A DNA stretch of 64,000 nucleotides from a virus: positions 2,556-66,555 of the IMG/VR virus record IMGVR_UViG_3300036760_001538. The stretch is one strand, 5' to 3'. Both the position numbers and the translations under genes were made by a program. Below the pieces are notes generated by a model that did not search any database, had not been told where the DNA came from, and saw only the letters and a program-made list of their open reading frames with translations. Shown piece after piece: positions 1 to 8,303 of the stretch; the first letter of the stretch is position 1, and the number at the start of each line of letters is the position of its first letter.

Positions 1-2
1 TG

Positions 3-101
3 CTGGGACGAGATCCCGGCGGCCTGTCACTGGAGAGGCTGTATCGGCTGCCCCTCGCCTGGGAAGAGCAGAGACGGGCGCTGGGGTTCCCGGGAACGTA
101 G
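3..101 (+). CDS. 3' end of an upstream gene, probably a large serine recombinase or its associated protein (partial)
   Basis: Frame 3 reads LGRDPGGLSLERLYRLPLAWEEQRRALGFPGT*; the LPLxWEEQRxxLGF ending resembles C-termini in DUF2924/serine-recombinase modules (recalled). Confidence 0.5.
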   Translation: MGRDPGGLSLERLYRLPLAWEEQRRALGFPGT

Positions 102-481
102 CGCGCCCACGCTCGGCCAAACGGCGCGTTGCCCGTGTCGAGGGCAGGGATGATACCTACCCCGACCTCTGTTGGGGCACACAGGGGCTTCAGGCGCGGA
201 TTCTGGGGCAACGTTGGGGCTGGCGCCTAGTGGTGCGTCCCAGGAGTGCCTTTACAATACACGGCCTTGGACGAGATCCGCTCGCACGAGGCCGCACCAG
301 CGCCCTTCCACGCGGGCGCCGTGGCAAACTGTAAAGGTTCTTCAGGGACGGTGCACTAGCCCTCGGGGGCTGCCTACTGGAGGCCGGCCGAAAGCCGACC
401 GGCACTGCCTGCGGAACGGCACTCCCCTGGACGGAGACCGGGGCAAGAGCGCAGGAGGACGCTGGCTGGGAAAAATGACTC

Positions 482-510
482 TTGACAGGCAGTCTGGCGT
501 GAAGTATAAT
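482..510 (+). promoter_or_regulatory. Consensus sigma70 promoter of the XRE/ImmA operon
   Basis: TTGACA (482-487), 17 bp spacer, TATAAT (505-510). Confidence 0.85.
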
Positions 511-523
511 GTAAACAGGTTAC
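511..523. promoter_or_regulatory. Putative repressor operator 1
   Basis: GTAAAC-A-GGTTAC near-palindrome directly after the -10; matches the perfect palindrome at 1733-1745. Confidence 0.6.
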
Positions 524-597
524 AGAGGCAGCCCCCCGCTGTGGGGAGCGCCACCATAGGCCGGCCCAGCCGCGGCCGACGAGAATGGAGGAGCAGA

Positions 598-975
598 ATG
601 GCTGGTAATCCGGAGTTCGGAAAGAGAATAAGGGAGCTGCGGGAGGCGAAGAAGCGAACCGACCCGGCTTTCTCACTGCGGCGGTTCGCCCAGGCGCTCA
701 AGATGAGTGCGACCTTCATCAGCAAGATGGAGACGGGGCAGTTTGACCCTCCGCGCGCCGAGAACATCAAGAGAATGGCCGAGCTGCTGGGAGCGGACCC
801 TTACGAGTTGCTCCATTTGGCGAAGAAGGCTGACCCGGAGCTGGTCGAGATGGTCAAGGAGCAGCCGAAGGAGATGGCTGACTTCCTGCGCACGGCTCGC
901 GAGCAGGACGTCACAGCCGAGCAGCTGGCACAGTTCACTCGCTCGCTTCGTTCCCGGAAGAGGCAAACGCCGTGA
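598..975 (+). CDS. XRE-family HTH repressor (ImmR-like)
   Basis: ATG 598 with GGAGG RBS; FGKRIRELR...SLRRFAQALKMSATFISKMETG HTH; overlaps the ImmA-like gene. Confidence 0.85.
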   Translation: MAGNPEFGKRIRELREAKKRTDPAFSLRRFAQALKMSATFISKMETGQFDPPRAENIKRMAELLGADPYELLHLAKKADPELVEMVKEQPKEMADFLRTAREQDVTAEQLAQFTRSLRSRKRQTP

Positions 976-1709
976 CCCGATACCCGATAGGCGGCAGGAG
1001 AAGGGTACCATTCGTGAGGCCAGTTGAGATCGAGTCGGCGGCACAGAGGCTGCTGACAGCCTATGCCGAGAGGTTCAAGGTCGCCCTTGCTCCTCCCATC
1101 CCGGTAGACGAGATCCTGGAATCCCACCTCGAACTTGACCTGCGCTTCGACAATCTGCCGCGGCTTCTCACCGAGCCAAGGGCTCTGGGCGCTACCTGGG
1201 TCGTGCAACGGAGAGTGAGAATTGACGAATCTCTCGACCCGTCTGTGTACCCCGCGATGGAGGGGCGCTACCGGTTCACGCTGAGCCACGAGGTGGGCCA
1301 CTGGGAACTGCACCGTCACCTCTACCTGGGCCTCAAGGACCAGGGCCTGCTCTTCGGTGGCCTGGAGCAGCCCTCCGTAATCTGCCGGGCGGGCGAGAGG
1401 TTTGACCCGCAGGAGTGGCAGGCTAACCAGTTTGCTGGCTATCTGCTGATGCCTCGTGACATGGTCATTCATGCCTGGCAGGCGCGACGCGGCGACCTCG
1501 AGCCTTACGTTGCTGCTGATGAGATGGCAGATCTCTCGGTTCGCTGGTCCTTGGGCGAGAACGAGACCCCAACTGTCGAGATTGCCCGAGACCTGGCCCG
1601 GGAGTTCACCGTCTCTGGCCAGGCTATGCAAATCCGGTTGATCGGGATGGGACTGATTGTCACCAGCAAGGCCCAGCCGAGTCTGTTCCACGGGGAGAAC
1701 ACCAGGTAG
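972..1709 (+). CDS. ImmA/IrrE-family metallopeptidase (antirepressor)
   Basis: RFTLSHEVGHW (HExxH) and EWQANQFAGYLLMP motifs; coupled to the XRE gene. Confidence 0.9.
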   Translation: MTRYPIGGRRRVPFVRPVEIESAAQRLLTAYAERFKVALAPPIPVDEILESHLELDLRFDNLPRLLTEPRALGATWVVQRRVRIDESLDPSVYPAMEGRYRFTLSHEVGHWELHRHLYLGLKDQGLLFGGLEQPSVICRAGERFDPQEWQANQFAGYLLMPRDMVIHAWQARRGDLEPYVAADEMADLSVRWSLGENETPTVEIARDLAREFTVSGQAMQIRLIGMGLIVTSKAQPSLFHGENTR

Positions 1710-1732
1710 TGCTCTCTTTTTTTGCCCCTACC

Positions 1733-1751
1733 GTAAACGGTTTACTTGACA
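1733..1751 (+). promoter_or_regulatory. Putative operator 2 abutting a -35 box
   Basis: Perfect palindrome GTAAAC-G-GTTTAC (1733-1745) immediately followed by TTGACA (1746-1751); -10 not obvious. Confidence 0.6.
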
Positions 1752-1839
1752 GATAACAGAGTGCTACGCGGATGAACTGCATAAGGCTACATCGGGCGAG
1801 TGCCCGTGACGCAAATTCCATAGAAACGGAGGTAACTGC

Positions 1840-2208
1840 ATGTCCAGCCCCCCAGTTGTTCGTGTCCGGACCGCCACAACGGAGCAAGTAAGGAAGGCCT
1901 GCCTTCCGCCCGCTTGTCAGCGACTAGTGGAGTTGATGCAGGAGATCCACTTCGGTCGCATCGAGCGGCTGCTGATCCGTGATCATCAGCCCCAGTGGCG
2001 GCCGGCGCCTCGCGTCCTTCGTGATGTCGCTTTGGGCAAGGGAAGCCGCCCCCGCCGGCGAGGAGCGCGGGGCGACTTCCAGCTGAAGGGCACCGTCCGA
2101 GATCTGTTCCGCCATCTCGACAGGCTGTCGGATGGCACCATGATCAGCCTGATCATCCAGGACGGGCTCCCCGTTCGCCTCATCATCGAGGAACCGATCG
2201 AGGCCTGA
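1840..2208 (+). CDS. Small protein with two YezD/DUF2292-like repeats (candidate RNA-binding antiterminator)
   Basis: GGAGG RBS; repeats LVELMQEIHFGRIERLLIRDHQP and LFRHLDRLSDGTMISLIIQDGLP; immediately followed by leader element copy 1. Confidence 0.55.
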   Translation: MSSPPVVRVRTATTEQVRKACLPPACQRLVELMQEIHFGRIERLLIRDHQPQWRPAPRVLRDVALGKGSRPRRRGARGDFQLKGTVRDLFRHLDRLSDGTMISLIIQDGLPVRLIIEEPIEA

Positions 2209-2223
2209 TCCGGCCTCAACTCT

Positions 2224-2319
2224 ACAACCGAATACCACACCAGACATCGACTGGCCGGACGACGGAGGTCGCTGTGGGTGCCGCCATTCTGGCGTGCCTG
2301 CGGCGACCTCTGTTCGTGT
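2224..2319 (+). ncRNA. Structured leader element copy 1 (antiterminator/terminator switch) upstream of the sigma gene
   Basis: ACAACCGAATA (2224-2234); CGACT-GG-CCG-GACGA-CGG-A-GGTCG (2248-2271) overlapping a long G.U-rich hairpin at 2262-2313. Confidence 0.55.
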
Positions 2320-2381
2320 AGCCGTCTTCCCCAGTTGGCGGACACCCACTCGCCCTCCTCGGCGGCCGCAAGGAGGACGAG

Positions 2382-2981
2382 ATGGGTTCCGATCCCAGCC
2401 GCACGGAGCTCGACGCTTATGCCGTTCAGCTCATCAAGCACAGGGCCCGACAGTTGGTTGGCCGGGCCGGTTATACCAAGGACGAACGAGAGGATATTGA
2501 GCAGGACTTGAAGCTCGACCTGCTGCGCAGACTCCGCAAGTTTGACCCGTCCCGCGCGTCACGCAACACCTTCATCGCGCGGGTCGTTGAACACGGCGTC
2601 GCCCGGCTCATCGAGCGCCAAGAAGCCCCGATGCGCGACGTCCGCCGCTGCACGGCTTCCCTGAACGACCGGATAGAGGGCGAGGAAGGCGAGCACGTGG
2701 AGCGCGGCGACCTGGTTGACCAGGATACCTACCTGGAGAGCATCGGGCAGCCCACTATGCCCCTGGCCGATCGGGTCGCGCTGCGGGTGGACCTGGAGCG
2801 AGTGCTCGCGACGCTGACACCTGAGATGCGCGACCTGTGGGAGCGGCGCGCGGAAGGGCAGACCATCACCGAGATATCCCGCGAGACTGGCATTCCTCGC
2901 GGGACGCTCTATGACCGCATGAAGGAGCTGAGACGGCTGGCCGAAGACGCCGGATTGCGGGAGTACATGGAGCCCTCATGA
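2382..2981 (+). CDS. Phage-encoded sigma-70 (ECF-like) RNA polymerase sigma factor
   Basis: Region-2-like EDIEQDLKLDLLRRLRKFDPSRASRNTF; region-4 HTH TITEISRETGIPRGTLYDRM; AGGAGG RBS. Confidence 0.85.
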   Translation: MGSDPSRTELDAYAVQLIKHRARQLVGRAGYTKDEREDIEQDLKLDLLRRLRKFDPSRASRNTFIARVVEHGVARLIERQEAPMRDVRRCTASLNDRIEGEEGEHVERGDLVDQDTYLESIGQPTMPLADRVALRVDLERVLATLTPEMRDLWERRAEGQTITEISRETGIPRGTLYDRMKELRRLAEDAGLREYMEPS

Positions 2982-2987
2982 CCTGGC

Positions 2988-3019
2988 CCGACACTTTCAC
3001 GGCGGCTCCGGTAAGTAAC
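2988..3019 (+). promoter_or_regulatory. Bipartite motif copy 1 (putative phage-sigma promoter)
   Basis: CCGACACTT-N9-CTCCGGTAAGTAAC; identical boxes and spacing at 11907 and 12796. Confidence 0.7.
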
Positions 3020-3066
3020 ACCTGGAGGCCCAGCCGCAGGCCCCGACCTGTGCCTGGGAGGCCAAC

Positions 3067-3378
3067 GTGAACCGAGACATCTACCGATATCGTTTCAACG
3101 AGAATGTCCCACTGCGGGAAGCCGAGGAGTCGCTGCTACTGGCAGTCCTCGCGGTGGAGAGCCTTTACGGCCGCTCCCCGGTTCGCCTCGACGCAGCCTT
3201 CTGCCTTGACCGGGAGAAGCGCTCCTGCGTGGTGGACGCGGGAAGCGAGGTGGGGCGAGCGATCGCCCGTATCTTCACCGGCTTCCTCACCCGCCAGTTC
3301 GGCGAGGAGGCGTTCCGCGTTGAGCGGGCCGGGCCTGGAGCGCCGGAGCCAACGTCCTCGGTGGGGGTGCGCGCGTGA
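3067..3378 (+). CDS. Hypothetical phage protein
   Basis: GTG start with GGAGG RBS; GTGA overlap with the next gene. Confidence 0.7.
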   Translation: MNRDIYRYRFNENVPLREAEESLLLAVLAVESLYGRSPVRLDAAFCLDREKRSCVVDAGSEVGRAIARIFTGFLTRQFGEEAFRVERAGPGAPEPTSSVGVRA

Positions 3379-4310
3379 CGCCTCGCATGGCCACCACCTA
3401 TTCCCTGTGGAGCTTGTTCCGCAACTGCCGGAAGGCATGCTACTGGCGCTATATCCGAGAACTTGCGCCGATCAGGCGTGATCCTCGTCTCGGCTTCGGG
3501 ACGCTCATCCACGAGTGCCTGGAGCGATGGCACCGTGACCGTGACCTCACGGCAGTTCTGGGACACCTTGACCGAAGACTCCCCAACCGGAACCAGGATG
3601 ATGAGCAGTGCCGGGACTGGCGCCTGGCCACCGCTATGATGGCTGGCTACGCCAACCGCTACCCGGTCGAGGAATTCGAGGTTCTCGCCCTTGAGCACAC
3701 CTTCGGAGGGGAGATCGTCAACCCGGCCACTCGTGCACGGTCTCGCAGCTTCGTGCTCGCTGGCAAGGTGGACGGCCTGGTGCGCATCGGGGACGAGCAC
3801 TACGTGCTGGAGCATAAGACCGCCTCCAGTCTCGACGGCGGTTACCTGGAGCGGCTCTGGACCGACTTCCAGATCACCCTCTACGCCTACTACCTGGAGC
3901 AGGCGCTCAGCATTCGCATCACCGGCGTGTTCTACAACCTGCTGCTCAAGGCGCGGCTGAAGCAGCGCCGCACGGAGAGCGATACCGAGTTCGAGGGGCG
4001 CCTGGCAGCCAAGTACGCTCAGCCGGCCATGTTCCACCGGGAGATGCTCTACCTCTCCCGCGACCAGTTCACCGTGCTGCGCGCCGAGCTGTGGGAGCTG
4101 ACCCAGGCCTTCCTCGACGCCAGGCGACGGGACACCTGGTACCAGAACACCGCCTTCTGCTTTCACCACTACCGGCCGTGTCCTTACTTCGCTCTCTGCC
4201 GTTCCGGCGACAGCCCAAACGTGATTGACAACTTCTACCAGCACGTCTCCCCGCACGAAGAGCTGCGGGAACAGCCGGGTGCTTCCGCAAGCGAGGCCCC
4301 CGCATTCTGA
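3375..4310 (+). CDS. PD-(D/E)XK nuclease (Cas4/RecB-like exonuclease)
   Basis: GTLIHECLE, GKVDGLV...VLEHKT, Q.xxY and Cys cluster (CRK...CFHHYRPCPYFALC). Confidence 0.85.
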   Translation: MTPRMATTYSLWSLFRNCRKACYWRYIRELAPIRRDPRLGFGTLIHECLERWHRDRDLTAVLGHLDRRLPNRNQDDEQCRDWRLATAMMAGYANRYPVEEFEVLALEHTFGGEIVNPATRARSRSFVLAGKVDGLVRIGDEHYVLEHKTASSLDGGYLERLWTDFQITLYAYYLEQALSIRITGVFYNLLLKARLKQRRTESDTEFEGRLAAKYAQPAMFHREMLYLSRDQFTVLRAELWELTQAFLDARRRDTWYQNTAFCFHHYRPCPYFALCRSGDSPNVIDNFYQHVSPHEELREQPGASASEAPAF

Positions 4311-4329
4311 CCGAGGGAGGAGAACCACC

Positions 4330-5121
4330 ATGCTGCCAACCGAGAAGAGTCCACCCAAGCGGGATCTCGCCGACCTGACCGTGTTGGTCTACGGGCCAAG
4401 CAAGATCGGGAAGAGCACCTGGTGCTCGCAGGCTGAGGGCGCGGTGTTCCTGGCGACCGAGGCAGGCCTGAACAACCTGGAGGTGTTCCAGGTTCCGATC
4501 ACCACCTGGGAGGAGTTCCTGGTCGCCTGTCGCGAGGTGGCGGAGGGAAAGCACCCCTTCAAGACGGTCGTCATCGATACCGTCGATAACGCCTACCGCA
4601 TGTGCGTGGATCACGTCTGCGCGAAGTTCAAGATCCAGCACGAAAGCGATCTCGGCTTTGGCAAGGCCTACGCCGTGATCAACAACGAGTTTCACCGGGT
4701 ATTGAACAAGCTCTCTCTGCTGCCTTACGGGCTGTTCCTGGTCTCCCACTCCCAGGAGCGAGAGATCGAGACTCGCACCGGCAAGCACACCCGGATCGTC
4801 CCCACGCTGCCGGACAGGGTGCGACAGATCGTGCTGGGCATGGCCGATGTCATCCTGTACTGCGACTTCGAGATCACGACTGGACCGGACGGCGGCACGA
4901 CCACCCGCCGGGTGATGCGCACCAAGCCGCATGTCAACTACGAGGCCGGCGACCGCACCGGACGGCTGCCGGAAGTGATTGACCTGGACTTCGGCAAGTT
5001 CCTCGAGGCGTTCAAGCAGGACACATCCGCCCGAGCTGCGGAGCAGCCTGACAAACCCACTACCCCGTCCAAACCGGCCGCAGAGAGTCCGCGGCCGAAG
5101 CCCGCCTCGGCGGGCAGATAA
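4330..5121 (+). CDS. AAA_24 / Sak4-like ATPase
   Basis: Walker A YGPSKIGKST, Walker B VVIDT; typical nuclease-AAA-DUF669 context. Confidence 0.85.
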   Translation: MLPTEKSPPKRDLADLTVLVYGPSKIGKSTWCSQAEGAVFLATEAGLNNLEVFQVPITTWEEFLVACREVAEGKHPFKTVVIDTVDNAYRMCVDHVCAKFKIQHESDLGFGKAYAVINNEFHRVLNKLSLLPYGLFLVSHSQEREIETRTGKHTRIVPTLPDRVRQIVLGMADVILYCDFEITTGPDGGTTTRRVMRTKPHVNYEAGDRTGRLPEVIDLDFGKFLEAFKQDTSARAAEQPDKPTTPSKPAAESPRPKPASAGR

Positions 5122-5144
5122 TCCACTCACAAGGAGAGTGAAAG

Positions 5145-5654
5145 ATGAGCACCTATGAACCCGATGCCGCAACCCATCCAGCAAGCTCAGGGCAGGCCCA
5201 CGATGCCGACATTGACCTGGCGCAGTTCGATGACGACTTCGCCGAGGCCCCCATCGAGGAGCGCGACTTCGAACCGCTCCCCGATGGCAAGTACCAGGTC
5301 GCGGTCGAGAAGGTCGAGCTGACCCGTGCCCAGACCTCCGGCAATCCCATGTTGAAATGGACTTTGCGCGTGCTCGGCCCCCAGCACAAGGGCCGGCTGC
5401 TCTGGCGCAACAGCGTGATGGCCAGCCGCGAGAACCTCAAGTGGTTGAAGACCGACCTGCACACCTGCGGGCTCGACCTGGAGAAGCTGTCCGACCTGCC
5501 GGCCAACCTGGAGAGACTGCTGGATGTTCGGCTTGAGATCACGAAGCGCACGAAGGACGAGAACGAGAACGTCTACTTCAACCGGCGCATCGTGACCGAG
5601 GACGCGGGCCAGGGATACGACGCGGCCGCCCAGGACGCCCTGAACCCGTTCTAG
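5145..5654 (+). CDS. DUF669-like single-stranded DNA-binding protein
   Basis: FEPLPDGKYQVAVEKVEL...SGNPMLKWTLRV; acidic tail ending NPF. Confidence 0.8.
   Translation: MSTYEPDAATHPASSGQAHDADIDLAQFDDDFAEAPIEERDFEPLPDGKYQVAVEKVELTRAQTSGNPMLKWTLRVLGPQHKGRLLWRNSVMASRENLKWLKTDLHTCGLDLEKLSDLPANLERLLDVRLEITKRTKDENENVYFNRRIVTEDAGQGYDAAAQDALNPF
5173..5199 (+). repeat. REP-like palindrome family A, in frame in the DUF669 gene
   Basis: CCCATCCAGCAAGCTCAGGGCAGGCCC, encoding HPASSGQA. Confidence 0.5.
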
Positions 5655-5655
5655 C

Positions 5656-6126
5656 ATGCGGCCCGTTCGCCAAGCCCAGGGCAGGCCGGTGATCGTGGTT
5701 GACACGCGCGAAATCGAGCCTTACTCCTTCGACCCGGAGCGCGTGGCGGTGATTCGTCGCGCGCTCCCCGCCGGGGACTACTCGCTCGACGGGCTTGAGG
5801 ATCGGGTCGCGGTGGAGCGCAAGACGCTGGACGATCTGGTCACCACCGTCATCCGGAGCAGAGATCGCTTCCGCCGCGAGCTGAAGCTGCTGAGGGAGTA
5901 CAAAGCGGCCTGCATCGTGGTCGAAGCCGACCTGGCGGAGGTTCTCGCAGGCCGCTACCACTCCGGCGCCCACCCAAGTGCGGTGCTGGGGGCAGTGGTC
6001 TCCATCGTGATCGACTACGGCGTTCCCGTGTTCTTCTGCTCCGACCGGCAGGTGGCTCGCCTGTTCACCGAATGCTACCTGCTTCGATTCTATCGAAAGG
6101 CTCAGACTGCATGCGAAGTGCCTTGA
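5656..6126 (+). CDS. ERCC4/XPF-domain nuclease
   Basis: VVDTRE, GDYS and VERKTLDD motifs. Confidence 0.9.
   Translation: MRPVRQAQGRPVIVVDTREIEPYSFDPERVAVIRRALPAGDYSLDGLEDRVAVERKTLDDLVTTVIRSRDRFRRELKLLREYKAACIVVEADLAEVLAGRYHSGAHPSAVLGAVVSIVIDYGVPVFFCSDRQVARLFTECYLLRFYRKAQTACEVP
5663..5687 (+). repeat. REP-like palindrome family A, in frame at the ERCC4 N-terminus
   Basis: CCGTTCGCCAAGCCCAGGGCAGGCC, encoding VRQAQGRP. Confidence 0.55.
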
Positions 6127-8303
6127 AGAAACCGGTCACGGTGCGCGGTCGTGTGGAGGAGGTCTTCTACTCCAGCCCTCGCTTCTCGGCTGGCCGACTG
6201 CGCACAGATGACACCGAGACCATCTCCTTCGCCGGGCCGATCATGGTGAGGGAGCATGACCCGGTCGTCCTTCGTGGCTGCTGGGAGGAGCACCCGAAGT
6301 ATGGTCGGCAACTCAGGGTCGAATCCCTGGAGTACGACACCGAACTTGATGCTGAGGGGCTGGCCAACTACCTGGCCAACCATCCCGACATCAAGGGTAT
6401 CGGGCCGGTCAAGGCGCGCCGGATCGCGGAGCAGTTCGGAGACGACTTCAACCGGGTGCTTTCGGAAGAGCCTGAGATCATCGCCGAGGCCGTCCATCTT
6501 TCCGTGGAAGCGGTGCACGCGCTGCGCGAGGAGTGGCTACGCACGAAAGCGGTCAATGCCGCCCTCATCTGGCTCTCGGCCTTCGGGCTGACCCACCATC
6601 AGGTCAGTACGCTCGTCGAGCGCTTCGGCAACAACGTGGTCGCCCTGCTGCAGACTGACCCGTACCTGATTGCACGGGAGGTGCCGGGCTTCGCCTTCAA
6701 GCGGGTGGACAAGATCGCCCGCAAGATGGGAACGCCCAAGGATCATCCGTCCCGCATCCGCGCTGGCATCCTGCACTGCGTGGAGGAGCGCGTCGAGCAG
6801 GGCGACTGCTGGGTCGAGTACGAGGAGCTGATTGACCAGGCGAACGCTCTCCTTGTCATGGACACCCTCGACAGCCGCGCCCGGATCGAGAAGGCGCTGG
6901 ATGCGCTGATCGAAGACAAGACGCTCTCATGTGCCTCGTGCGGCGGCCGGTTCCTCGTGGCCAAGCCTATGCTCCGGGCGATGGAGGAAGATCTGGGCAA
7001 GATCTTCAGTCGGCAACGCACCGCGAATCCTCACTTCAGCGAGGTCGGCGACCTCGAGCAACTCATTGACCACGCCGCGCCGCAGTTGAACGTCGGGCAA
7101 CGGGAGGCGGTGCTCACCACCCTGCGGAACCGCCTGGCCCTGATCTGCGGCGGCGCGGGGAGCGGGAAGACTTTCACCGTCGCTGCGATCACCGGGCTGT
7201 ACGAGGAGCAGGGGCTGTCCGTCATCCTCGCCGCGCCGACGGGCAAGGCGGCGAAGCGTCTCGAGCAGGTCGTGGGGCGAGAAGCCTACACCATCCATCG
7301 GCTGCTCGGCTACGACGGCCAGGAGTTCAAGCGCACGGCAGAAGACCCCCTCGAAGCCGCCGTGGTGATCGTGGACGAGGTCTCGATGGTTGACGTGCCC
7401 CTGGCCTGGCACCTCTTCCAGGCGATAGACCTGGAGCGGACCGCCGTCGTCCTGGTGGGCGACCACAACCAGCTCCCACCCGTGGGCCCGGGCAATGTGC
7501 TCCGGGATCTGATCGACACGCGGGCACTGCCGACAGTTGTCCTCGACGAGATCGTCCGCCAGGCCGGGGTGCTCAAGGAGAACTCCATCGCCATCCTGCG
7601 GGGCGAAGTGGAGAAGACAGCGCCCGAGAACGGAACCGGGCGTCGCCCCTGGTATCTCGTGGATCAGTTCACCGACGTCTGGGACATTCAGCGTTTCCTG
7701 ATCGAGCTGTTCGAGTCCGTGCTGATCGAGCGATTGGACTTCCACCTGGTGCAAGACGTTCAAGTCCTCACTCCGACGCGCAAAGGGCCGCTCGGCGTCG
7801 AGGAGCTCAACGTGAAGCTGCAGCGCGCGGTGCAGGAGATGCTCTGGGGCGTGGATGTGCCTCCTCCGAGACCAGGACGCCGGCCGCGTTTCCTGCTGCA
7901 CGACAAGGTCATCCAGAATCGGAACAACTACCAGCTGGGGGTGATGAACGGCGCGGTGGGCCAGGTGACGGCCATCGAGCGCGACGGCGCGATGGAGGTG
8001 GTCTTCGATGGTCAGCCGGTCACTATCACACCGGACTCCGGCCGCCTCTCAGATCTGTCCCTGGCCTATGCTCTCACGATTCACAAGGCGCAGGGCTCCG
8101 AGTTCCCCTGCGCTATCGTGCTGGTGCACAAGTCTCATTCCTTCATGCATCACCGTAATCTCTTCTATACCGGCGTGACCCGGGCGCAGGAGGTTGCCAT
8201 CGTGATCGGTGACCGCTGGGGCCTGCGTAACTGCGCCCAGCGCAGACACCTGGAGCGGCGCAAGACCTTCCTCTCACTGCTGGAGCGGCCGGCAGCCATA
8301 TGA
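6111..8303 (+). CDS. RecD2-like SF1 DNA helicase
   Basis: HhH IKGIGPVKA, GGAGSGKT, VDEVSM, VGDHNQLPPVG, YALTIHKAQGSEF, YTGVTRA. Confidence 0.92.
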   Translation: MRSALKKPVTVRGRVEEVFYSSPRFSAGRLRTDDTETISFAGPIMVREHDPVVLRGCWEEHPKYGRQLRVESLEYDTELDAEGLANYLANHPDIKGIGPVKARRIAEQFGDDFNRVLSEEPEIIAEAVHLSVEAVHALREEWLRTKAVNAALIWLSAFGLTHHQVSTLVERFGNNVVALLQTDPYLIAREVPGFAFKRVDKIARKMGTPKDHPSRIRAGILHCVEERVEQGDCWVEYEELIDQANALLVMDTLDSRARIEKALDALIEDKTLSCASCGGRFLVAKPMLRAMEEDLGKIFSRQRTANPHFSEVGDLEQLIDHAAPQLNVGQREAVLTTLRNRLALICGGAGSGKTFTVAAITGLYEEQGLSVILAAPTGKAAKRLEQVVGREAYTIHRLLGYDGQEFKRTAEDPLEAAVVIVDEVSMVDVPLAWHLFQAIDLERTAVVLVGDHNQLPPVGPGNVLRDLIDTRALPTVVLDEIVRQAGVLKENSIAILRGEVEKTAPENGTGRRPWYLVDQFTDVWDIQRFLIELFESVLIERLDFHLVQDVQVLTPTRKGPLGVEELNVKLQRAVQEMLWGVDVPPPRPGRRPRFLLHDKVIQNRNNYQLGVMNGAVGQVTAIERDGAMEVVFDGQPVTITPDSGRLSDLSLAYALTIHKAQGSEFPCAIVLVHKSHSFMHHRNLFYTGVTRAQEVAIVIGDRWGLRNCAQRRHLERRKTFLSLLERPAAI

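Noticed and set aside
172-597. N-terminal extension of the 267-aa ORF
   Set aside because: Overlaps a consensus promoter; the RBS and HTH domain start at ATG 598
3375-4310. Cas4-like nuclease as evidence of CRISPR-Cas
   Set aside because: Standard phage exonuclease-AAA-SSB context; no other cas genes
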